A model generated the notes under the pieces. The model had not been told where the DNA came from. It did not search any database and worked only from the letters and a program-made list of their open reading frames with translations. From NCBI GenBank assembly GCA_965112155.1, contig OZ218099.1: DNA of 64,000 nt; one strand, 5' to 3'. This document shows, one piece after another, positions 28,273 to 39,984 of the stretch. Position 1 is the stretch's first letter. Each line of letters starts with the position of its first letter. Source of the DNA: Podarcis liolepis. Lineage: Eukaryota. Position numbers and translations under genes: made by a program.

Positions 28273-30085
28273 TAACGAAAAGGGAGGGGTCACCCACATT
28301 AAAAACAAAAACAATGTTTTCCTATATTAAAAATATAAACAGTCATGTCACAGTTTGTGATCAAAGAAAAGGACAGTGCTTTTGGTCCCATAAAAAGAAA
28401 AGCAAGACCAAGGACGTTTTGTTCCAAGCTTTCCCTGAATAACTAGACTAGAGAAACTACAACCGATTTTGCAGTTTAACATGCTGCATAATTAAATTCC
28501 TCGGTTCTTAGCTTATTTCCTATGTATCAGCACCACTCCTATGCTGCCATGCTGGCAAGGTACTGCTTTGAGTTCTTAAGCACTAAGCATAACATTCACA
28601 GTTTGGAGGGTTTTTTGGTAGCTTTCATGTGCTTTCCTGACGTATTCCAACACTTGCTGCAATGTACACCTGCCAGGTGTGTTTCAGGGCCTCAACACAC
28701 AACATCAGGCATGTGGTTACCACAGGAAGAGTTTCTGAGAGTGAATGGAAGCATGCACACTGTGGCAGAAACATGGACTGCTAGCCTAATGCAGATTTTG
28801 TCTCTCGAGCAGCTGCAGTGTTCTACTAACATCCATCTGGCGATAGGTTGGGAACCAGAATATAACCTGTGGTTTTTCCATAGCTACTGTGTTCCACAGC
28901 AGCTGTGCAAAAGATTCCTTATTCACATTTGATCTTCACATTGGTGTGACTTTTTGCTGAGTCTTTAAAAGGACTTTATGCATATATTGCACTATTGATC
29001 CTTCTGTCCCTTACCATTAGGTAGGGAGCACCTCAGCAAGCACAGTTTGGGGGACCATGAGCAGAGAGAGCAAAAATAGTCAACAATGAAGCTGACTGTG
29101 ACATTTTTACTATGTGCGAAGGGGTATCATTTGGTGCCAAAGTGTGTATCTGGGGCCATCTTCACCCTCACGTCATTCTTTAAAGGTAGGCCCAATGCGG
29201 TTGCACAAACAGCTTTTAAGGATTTGGGGCTAAAACATTTAAGGGGTGTCCCTATTAATGCGTTTAACTTGAGAAACAGTTTTTCCAAAATGCTAAAGAC
29301 AATTGGCATAAGCACATGCACATGTGATAAATGCACCTCTGCTGCAGCATTGACCAGGTGTGGGATTCTTGCTGTATAGTTATTTATGGATTGTTACCCC
29401 AAGTGGGACCAGGGAGAGACTGCTCATCTAGCAATACTGGACCTGCAGTAAGTATCTGTACCTGTTCCCTTATCTCTCCTTTCAACTGCTTGCTGCAGAC
29501 TAGAGCTGCCAATGTGACATTGATCTACAGCCTCCTTGTGGTATCCAATCACAACTGAGCTATTTTTGCTCCACTGTACCCTTCAGTGTTATAGAATCTG
29601 AGCCTATTTCTGTGCACAGCTCAGCACTACATCTTCCTGCTGAAACAAGGGTTTGAGCATTCATAGACAGGGCTCTGTATGCTTTTTAACATTATAGCAA
29701 CATGCTCATGTTAATATGAATGCCGCATCAAGAAAAGCTAAAATCTGTGAGACACTTGAAAATGAAGCGTTATCACGGCTTATTTTGCACAACTTACTTC
29801 TGCTTTTGTGGGAGGGCAATAAGCGATCCAGCTGCCTGAAATCCTTCTCTGCATCACTAGAAAACCTGCTTAGCTTCCAAGGAAATCTGTGTTCAGATTC
29901 CCACTTAGACTTAGTGACTTTGGGTTGCAACATTCTCTCAGCCTAACCTATAGGATTGTCCCAAGTATAAAAACAGAAAGAACTATGTGGGCTGCTTTGA
30001 GCTCCCTGAAGGAAGCACAGGATACCTGATTTTATCATTAAAAGACAGGGAATATATCTGTATAAATAAAAATCCAATAGAACTA

Positions 30086-30303
30086 CAGTGGTACCTCTAC
30101 TTACGTTCGCCTCTGGTTACGTATCCTTCGGGAGACGTACGCGGCAAACCTGGAAGTATTTTTCCGGGTTTCGCCGCATGCACAGAAACAATCTGGTCTA
30201 CCGCCACACGTGCATGCACAGAAGCGGTCCCTCCAGTTGCAGAAACCTTGGGATATGACTGGAGCTCCGAAACAGATCCCATCCGCAACTGGAGGTGCCA
30301 CTG
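30086..30303. mobile_element. Tc1/mariner-type MITE
   Basis: TA|CAGTGGTACCTCTACTT...AACTGGAGGTGCCACTG|TA. Confidence 0.8.
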
Positions 30304-30435
30304 TATTGTCTATACCAGTCCTGAACTACATGGCCCATCAAACCAAATACAGATCACCAGAGATGGTGTCCCTCCACAACAACAACAATTTTAATTGCCT
30401 GCCAGCAACTATAATTGTAAGAGGAATGAGAACTA

Positions 30436-31398
30436 CCGTATTTTTCACTCTATAGGACGCACTTTTTCCCCTCCAAAAATTAAGGGGAAATGTGTGTGCA
30501 TCCTATAGAGCGAATGCAGGCTGCGCGGCTAAGCCCAAAGCCAGAACAGGGAGACGGAGCGCTGCGGAGCGCTCCGTCTCGCTCTTCTAGTTTGGGTTTA
30601 GCTGCACAAAGCCTCTGCAGTGCAGTGGGGTGAAGGCACCCCGCTGCCCTGCGGAGGCTACAAAGGCTGTCCCCAAAGCCAGAACCGCGAGACCGAGCGC
30701 TGCGGAGCGCTCCGTTTCGCTGTTCTAGCTTGGGGATGGCTGCGCAAAGCCTTCACCCCACTGCCCTGCGGAGGCTACAAAGGCTGTCCCCAAAGCCTTA
30801 AGCCTTTGGAGTGCAGAGGGAACTCGTGCTGCGCTCCAAAGGCTTTGGGTCAGTGAAAGGAACCCGAAGCCTTTGAAGCGCAGCGTGAGGTCCCGCTGTG
30901 CTCCAAAGGCTTCAGGGATCTTTGAGGCTGGCGGTGAGGGAAAGCAGCGCTTCCTCCCACTGCCAGCCCCACAAGCTCAGGGGGCAACGGCAAAGCTGTG
31001 TGCAGCCTTTGAGCTGTTCCCCAACCTGCTCTTTGGGGCTGGCGGTGGGGGAAAGCAGCGCCTCCCCCTGCCAGCCCCAAAGAGCAGGCCAAAAGGAACC
31101 TGAAGCCTTCGGAGCCCAGCGGGAACTCCCGCCATGCTCCAGAGGCTTTGGGTTGCCTTCACTGAAGCCTGGAGAACGAGAGGGGTCAGTGTGCACCGAC
31201 CCCTCTCGCTCTCCAGGCTTCCAAGGTAGCCGCCTGAAGCCTCCCTAGCGCAGCGGTAATTCCTGCTGTGCTCCGGAGGCTTTGGGTGAATGCACCTTGA
31301 ACGCACCTTGTTTTAGAGGGGGAGAACAAGAAAAAAAAATTTTTTTCCTGTTCTCTCCGTCCTATGGTCCGGTGCGTCCTATAGAGCGAAAAATACAG
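30436..31398. mobile_element. Non-autonomous Tc2/pogo-like DNA transposon with GC-rich internal repeats
   Basis: TA|CCGTATTTTTCACTCTATAGGACGCAC...GTGCGTCCTATAGAGCGAAAAATACAG|TA, 27-bp TIRs. Confidence 0.88.
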
Positions 31399-32723
31399 TA
31401 TGTGGTAAGCTACAATACATGGATGGGGGTACTATGTTCAACTGTGTCACAAGTTGTGTGGGCGTATTTTATGTCCTTTCATAGGGCTAGAATCTTATTT
31501 TAATTTTGTTAATGAAAAAGATTCTGGGATGGTGAATTCTGCGCCATTCCACAGTTCTATGGCATAACTGCGGAAGTGTGGCTACAGCATCCTTCTCCAA
31601 TGCTATGTGCAGAAATGGTTGCCCCCCTTCCCATAGATATGATAAGAGTGCCAGATGTTGCTCATCCAACCTCCTTAGCAAGCGTATTTCACCTGCATCA
31701 ACACAGGCCTGCCCATTTCTTGCATTTAGGAATAAGGCACCAAGTACTGGAGGACTTCACAATTATCTACTCAGATGAACTTTGCATGATGCTTGCAGTA
31801 TTAATTCAGAGCTGGACTGCATGACCAGATACAGGTATGCCTCAGCTGAGCATGTCATTGTAAAATAAACCTAATACAGGATGGTGATGGTGTGTATACT
31901 AATGGTTAGCTCACTTGAATTTGAGCTGTCAGCCCTGACAGCTGGAAAGGGAAGCTTGCTCCATACATAATTTTTAAAATGAATCATTTTAAATGCTGCC
32001 CCTCTTCCCTTTTTGCTAAATGTGACCCTTGAATAACTTTCCTGCAATCTCTCCTCTAAGGACAACTTCCTAGGAACTTGTCTAAAAGACCTCATGGCAA
32101 AGAAGCCAGAGACACAGTGTGAAGAAAAGTTCCAATGTTTTAAGAATTGTCCCATAGTCCAGTAGGGTTGAAATCTGATGAGCACTCCAGTTGTCTTTGA
32201 TTTCAGAGTCAGTCAGCAGGGAGAAAAGTTTCAATTGTTCAGCAAGGGTAAACTCTTCTTGTAGCACAATTTCACTAAGGTTGCAGCCCAGCTCACACAC
32301 CTTTATCCAAGTGGTGTTCTATTTTATCAACGCCTGGAAAATGTCTTCATGCTGGCCCCTATCTAAGCTTAGTCTGAGCCTAGCTGCATGTCATTAGTCT
32401 ACTCATCCCTACAACTAATTTTCAGGACTCATTCACGGCTCAGTAATGACGTACAATGGGTTAGCTTGTGCAGGAGACCACAATTAGTGTCTGAATAAAA
32501 ACAAACTATCCTACTGTGTACACAAAAGAACGAGGAACCTAGGAAGCTCCCACTCCTTCCTGGAATAAGGCTTGATCTGTATTTCTAAGCATAGCACATA
32601 GCCCAGTCTGCTGAATGCTGGTCCCTGAAGTTGTGTATTTCAGCTGCTTGTAGATCAGGATTTTGTTTTTGTGTGTGTTTTTAGTTTTCAGTCTCTCTTA
32701 GAGTGTGGCCATATCAAAACAAA

Positions 32724-32885
32724 GGTAAGAGCTGTTTGACAGTGGAGCAGTCTCCCTTGGGAGGTTGTGGACTCTTTCCTTGGAGGTTTTTAAAGCAGAG
32801 GTTGGGTGGCCATCAGTCATGGATGCTTTGGCTGAGATTCCTGCATTCCCTTGTCGGGGTCCCTTCCAACTCTATGATTCTATGA
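32724..32885 (+). mobile_element. CR1 LINE 3' end fragment
   Basis: CCTTGGAGGTTTTTAAAGCAGAGG...GGTCCCTTCCAACTCTATGATTCTATGA terminal repeat. Confidence 0.8.
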
Positions 32886-33021
32886 AAAAAGGCATGCAGG
32901 GTTGCAGAAAGCATTTTAAAAGGTTAAAGGTTTCAAAAATAGGCAGTGCTTCTTATTAACAGCTCTACTAACATCTGAAATAGCCTTTGGAACTAACTGG
33001 TCCCATGGTGCTACACAGAAA

Positions 33022-33429
33022 TCAGTCAATTTGAGGAACAGGCTGTAATGGTGGACAAGTGCTGTTGCTTTCTTCTTGCCTCTGATCATCACTGCCACCC
33101 ATCCTGCTGGTCTGCCCAGCTTCTGGGATCTCATCTTCACTGTACAGGTATTTGAATCCATCATAGAATTCATCAGGCTGCATGTCCTCTTCATGGGTTT
33201 TGGCTCTGAGAAGTATGAAAGCTGATGGGTTTGGCCAGCTCCCTCTGGCTCCTGAGTTAATCTGTGTTGTTTGCTTCACTGTGGAATAACAGCAAGGTAA
33301 CCTTTTGTCCAAGTGAGTTTGGATGTTTTGGTTTGCAGGGTTGAATATATAAACAGTATTGGATGGTTGGAAGCCCAGGAGGTGCTGATCAACAAGCTCT
33401 TTACAGTGGATGAATTGGGTGCTGTCGAT
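33022..33429 (-). CDS. CCNI2: CCNI2 last coding exon (IDSTQFIHCKELVDQHL...DEFYDGFKYLYSED...CPPLQPVPQID-stop)
   Basis: Acceptor cattacag. Open to TGA at 33022. Contains cyclin-I-type tail motifs. Confidence 0.9.
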   Translation of the reverse strand: MDSTQFIHCKELVDQHLLGFQPSNTVYIFNPANQNIQTHLDKRLPCCYSTVKQTTQINSGARGSWPNPSAFILLRAKTHEEDMQPDEFYDGFKYLYSEDEIPEAGQTSRMGGSDDQRQEESNSTCPPLQPVPQID

Positions 33430-33615
33430 CTGTAATGCAATATATAACACAACTATTTTTTTCTCAACTTCTGAAATTATTAGCTGTCATCAATTTTCAG
33501 TTCCAGTATCTCCAGCTGTACTAAACTAATGAAGTCAAAGTCTATTTCAGGGGATATGCATAACATGTACTAGTTTCCGTTGCATATAGCAAATGTGGAG
33601 TCTGTGTATATCCTG

Positions 33616-33958
33616 GCTGGGTTCAAACACAACAAAAAACTATAGTTTGTTTTGATGTCAGCCTAACACAAACCATGGCTTGTTTGCTGCTCACAAACCA
33701 GGATCTGAAGCTACAGTTTGAAGCTGGTTTGCAAACCATAGCTGCATTAACTGTGGCTTGCTGTTTCTGAATTCACAGGCCATTGACAAAAGCACAAAGA
33801 GCCATTGCACTAAGCTGATGCACCACAGACTGAAGTGCACTTATGAAGCAAGTCCTGAGCAGATGGGAAAACTAAAGCAGACAAGCTGCTCAAAACCACT
33901 GTTTGCTCAAACTATAGTGGAAGTTCAGCCATTGATTAATGCTGTGTTTGAACCCAGC
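33616..33958. mobile_element. Old MITE with 16-bp TIRs (possibly PIF/Harbinger-like)
   Basis: GCTGGGTTCAAACACA...TGTGTTTGAACCCAGC; internal AAACYATRG motifs. Confidence 0.6.
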
Positions 33959-34395
33959 ACGTGACTTACTGCTGCACAGGAACCTACCAAATGGCATTGT
34001 GCCAGTGGAGAAAAAGGGAAAAAAGAGTCACATGGTAACTCCACTCAGATAATTGAAATTCGACTCTTGCACAGAAATAACCCCTAATACTTACTATAGA
34101 GCTTGAAGGGGGCAGTGAAAAGTTGCTATGGCAGAAAAGCCAGAGTTACACCTGGTCTCTCCCCTAAAGATTAGTACGGTAGGACAAGGAACTGGAGAAT
34201 AAAGCAAGGCTCAAAGTTCTATGCTGTACTGTTCCTCACCTACCCCAGGGTGGTTTTATAGTGCTTACATTCAGAACACTTGGGACTACTCTGCCCCCCT
34301 TGTTCACAGCAGGATTGCATTGGTGCCTAGTGCCAAACCTAATTACTCTTGAATTCTCTAGGTCTCATTTAGAGCTTGGCTTGGGGAACTGGAGA

Positions 34396-34750
34396 TAATA
34401 ATAATGATGATGATTTTATTATTTATATGCCACCCATTTGACTGGGTTGCCCCAGCCACTCTGGAAAGCTTCCAACGAAGTATTAAAACCGCAAACGTTT
34501 TTTAAAAACCTACATGTACAGGGCTGGCTTCAGATGTCTTCTAAAAGTCAGATAGTTGTTTATTTCCTTGACATCTGGTGAGAGGGCATTCCACAAGGCA
34601 GGCACCACTACTGAGAAGGCCCTCTGCCTGGTTCCCTGTAACCTTGCTTCTTGCAATGCAGGAACCAACAGAAGGCCCTCGGATCTGGATCTCACTATCT
34701 GGGCTGAATGATAGGGGTAGAGATGCTCCTTCAGGTATAATGGGCCAACC
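34396..34750 (-). mobile_element. L2-clade LINE 3' fragment
   Basis: Minus ORF 34510-34755 (RAFSVVVPALWNALSPDVKEINNYLTFRRHLKPALY) is the L2 ORF2 C-terminus; simple-repeat tail. Confidence 0.85.
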
Positions 34751-35124
34751 AACATGAGGCCATGTGAGTTTTTAAAGTTTGGGGTGTAACAAACTGTCAG
34801 AATGAGAACAGTGGTGATGCTCTATTGTTTAGAATAGAGCATCTCTGGAAAGCGTGACCCAAATTAAGCACAATGTCATGGCACCGCATAACCCAATAAT
34901 GGGGCTTGGAATGGCTGCCCTTCATCCGGACCCTAACTTTCATTACACTAATATGGAATTTTGCATCCAGCAGTGGAAAAAATGCATCCTAACAAAAGAC
35001 ACACCCGCACTCCTGAGAAGCACATGAAAAAACGTACATTAAATGGCTTTAAAGTATTTGTGAAGTTTTTCCATTTTTCTTTTTTCAGTCTTTGTGCTGG
35101 CCTCAGAGGCAGTTTGACTCCTAC

Positions 35125-35355
35125 CTGTGCTTTTTTTAGCAGATCAGTAATTACAGGAAACCAGTCAGGAGTCAGCCTCTCCAACTCTAAGGTGATGATC
35201 ACCAAAGCCAATGTGGAGCCCTTAAACTGCAATACTTGGTGGCATGCCATACAGTGCTGTAGCTGCTTGGTCAAGAATGCGGCGTGGCAGGAAGGATTCC
35301 TCTGAGGCAGCCCATTTAGTAGATGGGGCCACTTGAACATCACCATGGCATGGAA
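35125..35355 (-). CDS. CCNI2: CCNI2 coding exon 5 ([22 protein letters not shown]...[36 protein letters not shown])
   Basis: Acceptor tctctccag, donor CAG|GTAGGA, 231 nt, closely matches recalled CCNI2 sequence. Confidence 0.95.
35140..35305 (+). CDS. SEPTIN8: Septin-8 alternative terminal exon C ([55 protein letters not shown]-stop), antisense to a CCNI2 coding exon
   Basis: Acceptor tgtgctttttttag|C in correct phase 2. Peptide is collinear with the recalled C-terminus of the long mammalian SEPT8 isoform (...[39 protein letters not shown]), same start and stop. Confidence 0.72.
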
Positions 35356-36653
35356 CTGGAGAGAAGAGAAAACATTTATATCTCTCACACACACACATAT
35401 TTAAGCACACACGCACATTTATTTATATTTATTTATATATATATACATATATATATAAAAAACAGAACTGAGGTCAACTGTGAACTTTGTACGTTTTCAT
35501 ATGTCATTGACCAGAAGTGCAAACTAATCCTTATTCATGGCAGGAAACCTCTTATAAAGTTTTGTTATTATTTTTTTGTCCTGCTGTTACCATTTGTGTC
35601 GTATTTGCCAAATACTGAAATGTTGAAGCTTCTACTGAATGTAACTTAATTCTGAATTCGTTGCATTGTTCGCAATTGTCAATTCAGAAGGTTTTGACTT
35701 CTCGTTTGTAAAACTGAGTAACGGTGATAATTCAAGCCAGCAAACAGGAGAGAGAGAGAGAGAGAGAACAACTGATGATGCTTGGAAGCAGAACTAATAC
35801 AATCTCATCATCCTGGTTCTGATCAGACATTTCCCCCAAAACAAACCTAATGCCAGGATGATCCAGGAATCCACCCTTTGCTATATAGCAGGGATGGGGA
35901 CTCTGCAGCTCTCCGGATACTGCTGGACTGTAACTCCTGTCACTTCTGACCACTGGCCAGGCTGGATGGGGTTGATGGGAGCTGGGGTCCAGCCACATTA
36001 AGAGAGTCACAAGTCACCCACCCATGCTGTGAAGAGATGAACTCTGAGAGACATTATCACACGACTTTTGCCTTACTATAGCACATGGTAACTTCTTAAC
36101 GGGGAGTTTTCTTCCAGAAAACGTTTAGCAAATAAGATGTGACTTAAGTGCCAGATCAGAATGATCTAATTTGCCTAAAAATGAGGGTCAAATGTTTTTA
36201 TGCAGGGTGAGGAGTAAAGAAAAGCTGATCTGAGATGCCCCATTTGTGAAATGTAGCAAAAACTCTGAAAGCTTTTTATGTACAGTATTGAGAGTGCAGA
36301 TAGTTAGAAATATTTTTGCAGTGTATATTTAAAACAAACGGAACAAATCTCTAGTGGTACAGTATGAGCTCTTTTTAAAAGTCAATTATTAGTTGTCCTT
36401 TCAAAATGGGAGTCTACATTGTTTGTAAATCAAACTTATGGAATAGTTGGGTGTTCAAATGGAATTTCAATATCTTGAACAGTAAGTAATTCACTTCAAA
36501 AGATTTGCAGATAGTTAAGAATGAGTGGTCTGCGAGGCTAACTAGAAGGGAATGTATGCGCACCATTGCTGTTTTCTAGTCTTATTTGGTAAAAACAACA
36601 ACCCTAGTTTAGCCTTTTGCAAAAAAGAAAAAGAAAAAATGTCTAGTGCTTAC

Positions 36654-36794
36654 AATGTTTAAGAAATCGATTGATGTCGCTGTGTAAAGATCCCAGTGAA
36701 GTTTATTGAGTATAATTCTTTCCATTCTCACAATCTCAGCTGGAGAACATTTACAACCACTCTGCACTGCAAGCTTCTTTACCGATGGTATTAT
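36654..36794 (-). CDS. CCNI2: CCNI2 coding exon 4 (IIPSVKKLAVQSGCKCSPAEIVRMERIILNKLHWDLYTATSIDFLNI)
   Basis: Acceptor aaaacag, donor ATT|GTAAGC, 141 nt, RMERIIL-KLHWDL motif. Confidence 0.94.
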
Positions 36795-38424
36795 CTGTTT
36801 TAAAACAAAAGGAAAAATAATAATAATAAAAGAAGCCCAAATTCCTATGAAATTTTGTACGGTGTGATGTGTGCCCTACTATCACATAAATGAAATGCAG
36901 CTTACTCAACTATCCGCTTTGGGGTAAAAACCAAGAGGTCCTTGAAATAATTCCAATATTCATTATAGCACCATGTTCTCATATTTTAATAAAAGTAATT
37001 CCCCACCCTTGTGAATTCCTTTATGTATGTGTAAGACTAATTCCACTGGTCATGCATCTTGAGGATGTATGAAAACAACTTGCCTTCACCTTTTTTTGTG
37101 TTCTGAAACAATGGCTGGATTCTTTGAGGTTTTTTTCTCTTGCGATTTGGCTATCTTTATTGCATATTCATCTTCACTTCTAGAGTACTAACCTTAAAGC
37201 CAGAGAGGGGGACTTCTGCAGGCCAAGGGCCACATTGATCCATGGTCAACTCTCTGAGGTCCACATGTCAAAGTAGGTGAGGATGAAGTGTACAGTGAAT
37301 GTGCCCCCACTTTTTAAAAAGGACCGTGCTTGGGGTGGGGGGAGTGTCTTGAGCAAGTCACACAAAAAACTTTTGACACTCCAGAATCTCAGTAGGAGAC
37401 CTGCCTGAGTAATCAGTAATTTTATAATATGTATAAATACATAAATATAAGGGCTTGGGGTTGTTAATGAACATATTTTTGAAGGATATTGGGAGGCACA
37501 AAAACACTTTGGTATTACAGTAGAGAATCCATTCTGTTAAAAAAAATGTTTTTTTAATTTCCTTTTGTTTTTTTTAAAAAGGACAAATTTTGGGGTGGGG
37601 AGGGCAAAAATACCTCTTGGGGCCTGTGGGTAACAGATTAACCATCACTGGATTAAAGTTAAGTTTGTGACATCAACTCTAAAACATACACTGAATGAAG
37701 GCCTGGCTAAAGTCCATTATGGACATTTCTGAGGAAGTTTACTCCTGAGCTTTAAATGTCAGATCTTATTCAATAGCAGAGGCCTAATTGTATTCTAGCT
37801 TCTACAGTGACTTTGTACACATAGCATAAAATCAGGCCACTAGTACACAGTTTTTCAAGGATTCTTTGAGAAAGGAAACAATTATTATTTAGAGGCTGTT
37901 TAACTAAACAACAGAATTTATAAGAACTTGATGACACAATCAACAATCTAGCGCTCAAAGCAGAGTTCAGGATTCTTCAGCATATCCAATGCAGAAATGC
38001 CACTTAATTTATTTATGCAATGTATTTATATCCCACCTACTCTCAAGTCAGAATCCAAGGTGGCTTCCAACATTTTAAAAGCTTCATTATAAAATGCAGA
38101 GCAATAAAAATGAACTAGCTAAAAAGAATAATCAAAATTCATCACAAGACATTAAAAACCAGCAATTATAAGGTAGCCCAGTGATCACCTTCGTCTGCAT
38201 CAAGGGCTCTGCCACACTTCTGTATGCCCCATGCCTAGAAAGTACAGGTCCAAGCAGTTTTCTGTTTGCTCCACAATTTCTAAGCATGGGTCCTTTGCCC
38301 TGCTGCTTTCCCCTGGAAAACCCGCTATTTAGTGACAAATTGGACCAAACCAGATTGCCATGTGTTCCAATTTTAAGATCAGGTTTTCCTTGAGTAAGCA
38401 GTGAGGCAAACAGAGACAAGCACT

Positions 38425-38660
38425 TTGAAAACTAAGGCCTGTCTGAATAGGAAGGTCTCAGCTTGACTGTAGAAGGATAACAAAGAAGGAGCCAATCTAA
38501 CCTCTCTTGGGAGCGAATTCCACAAAACAGGTGCCGTCACAAAAAAGGCTCTGTCTCATGTCACCACCAACCATGTTTCTGATGTTGATGGGACTAAGGG
38601 AAGGTGCTCATTTTAGCACCTGAGCAGGTTTCTACAGGGAAATGCAATCTTTCAGGTAGC
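38425..38660 (-). mobile_element. Degenerate L2-like LINE fragment
   Basis: GGGAGCGAATTCCACAAAACAGGTGCCGTCACAAAAAAGGC is the reverse of an AF-V-AP-LWNSLP motif. Confidence 0.6.
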
Positions 38661-39147
38661 GTGGACCCAAGCCTTCAATTGCAACTTGGTGCACTGTTTG
38701 CAAGCTTGTCCAGGATACCATGTGGTCATCGAAGCATGGATTGGTATGATTGCATCAGCAACCACCACGCATTAATAGATGCACCACAGACAGGCAACTG
38801 AAAAACGGAAAGTGTATGATCCAAGCAGACTAAGGCAAGTCTCAGAGTGACTTACCTAGATGTTCTACAGTAGTTTTTGCTGCCGAACATCCAACAATGT
38901 CACTGTAACCTTTACACACCTGATACACTGAAATAACTATTCATAATGGGTTTAAAACTGACAGGTAGCCTATTGGGACAGACAGGCTCCCTCGGATACA
39001 GGTTGCCCATAGACTTTCACAGTGGCTTGAGCCACTCCAACTACACACATCCATAAAAAAGGGTGTGTGTCTGTGAAGATCCTGTACATGTCGCTTTAAT
39101 GGAAGACAAATCCTTCTCTTAGGTTACCACGTTTAAAACATACACAC

Positions 39148-39222
39148 CTCATCTTCTTCATTGATTTTTGCTGCAAGAACCAAGCAAGCTGTTGCAATAC
39201 ATTGGAGATATTTTAACTGTGC
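39148..39222 (-). CDS. CCNI2: CCNI2 coding exon 3 (AQLKYLQCIATACLVLAAKINEEDE)
   Basis: Acceptor ctctttcag, donor GAG|GTGTGT, 75 nt, LAAK-x-x-EE cyclin box motif. Confidence 0.94.
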
Positions 39223-39303
39223 CTGAAAGAGAAGAGTAGTAGTTTAAAGAAAAAGAAAAAGAATGGAGGAAAAATACCCAACTGGGAAGATAACTATTGA
39301 AAA

Positions 39304-39346
<43 letters not shown>

Positions 39347-39598
39347 CAGTGGTGCCTCGCAAGACGAAAAGAATTCATTCCGCGAGTCTTTTCGTCTTGT
39401 GATATTTTTCGTCTTGCGAAGCACGGTCCGTCGCAACTGCACCTCTTCAAGCGGCTTAAAAAAAAAGCACAAGATGTTTTCGTCTTGCGAAGCAAGCCCA
39501 TAGGGAAATTCGTCTAGCGAAGCAACGCAAAAACGGAAAACCCTTTCGTCTAGCGAGTTTTTCGTCTTGCGAGGCATTCATCTTGCGGGGCACCACTG

Positions 39599-39649
<51 letters not shown>

Positions 39650-39669
39650 ACACACACACACACACACAC
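39304..39669. repeat. (TATC)n microsatellite split by a MITE, followed by (CA)n
   Basis: Direct reading: 39304-39346 and 39599-39648. Confidence 0.95.
39347..39598. mobile_element. Tc1/mariner-type MITE inserted in a (TATC)n microsatellite
   Basis: CAGTGGTGCCTCGCAAGACGAA...TTCATCTTGCGGGGCACCACTG with TA flanks; same family as 56840-57100 in opposite orientation. Confidence 0.9.
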
Positions 39670-39772
39670 TCATGCTTCTGAGTTGCCTCACTGTGGTGCA
39701 CCAAGCAGTAAGAGGAGTCTATCTGAGTAACTGGAACATGGCAATTTAGCAGCGGTACTCTTCAAAGCTATA

Positions 39773-39984
39773 CAATGGTACCTTGTTTTGAGTCCGCTCT
39801 GTTTAAGGTCCATTTTGTCCAATGTCTGCGGCAAACTCGGAACGGGTTACTTCCAGGTTTGCCGCCACGCAGAAGCGCTAAATCGTGCTTCGCGCATGCT
39901 CAGAGCATTGCTTTGTCGAGCATCCTTTTCGTCAAGCATCTGGGGCTCTGGAATGGATCCCGGACGCAAAAGGAGGTACGACTG
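39773..39984. mobile_element. Degenerate Tc1/mariner-type MITE
   Basis: TA|CAATGGTACCT...AGGTACGACTG|TA; core GAAGCGCTAAATCGTGCTTCGCGCATGC related to 8381-8640. Confidence 0.65.

Larger units (their letters stand above)
2627..35305 (+). other. SEPTIN8: Septin-8 gene span within the window (first exons lie upstream; end taken at the most distal alternative terminal exon)
   Basis: Seven phase-compatible exons translate to the septin GTPase domain and coiled coil, matching SEPT6-group/SEPT8 sequence (GETGIGKST...KDKDKK). Syntenic with CCNI2 and KIF3A. Confidence 0.93.

Noticed and set aside
30620-31306. Cluster of overlapping ORFs
   Set aside because: By-product of GC-rich repeats in a non-autonomous transposon; no transposase motifs.
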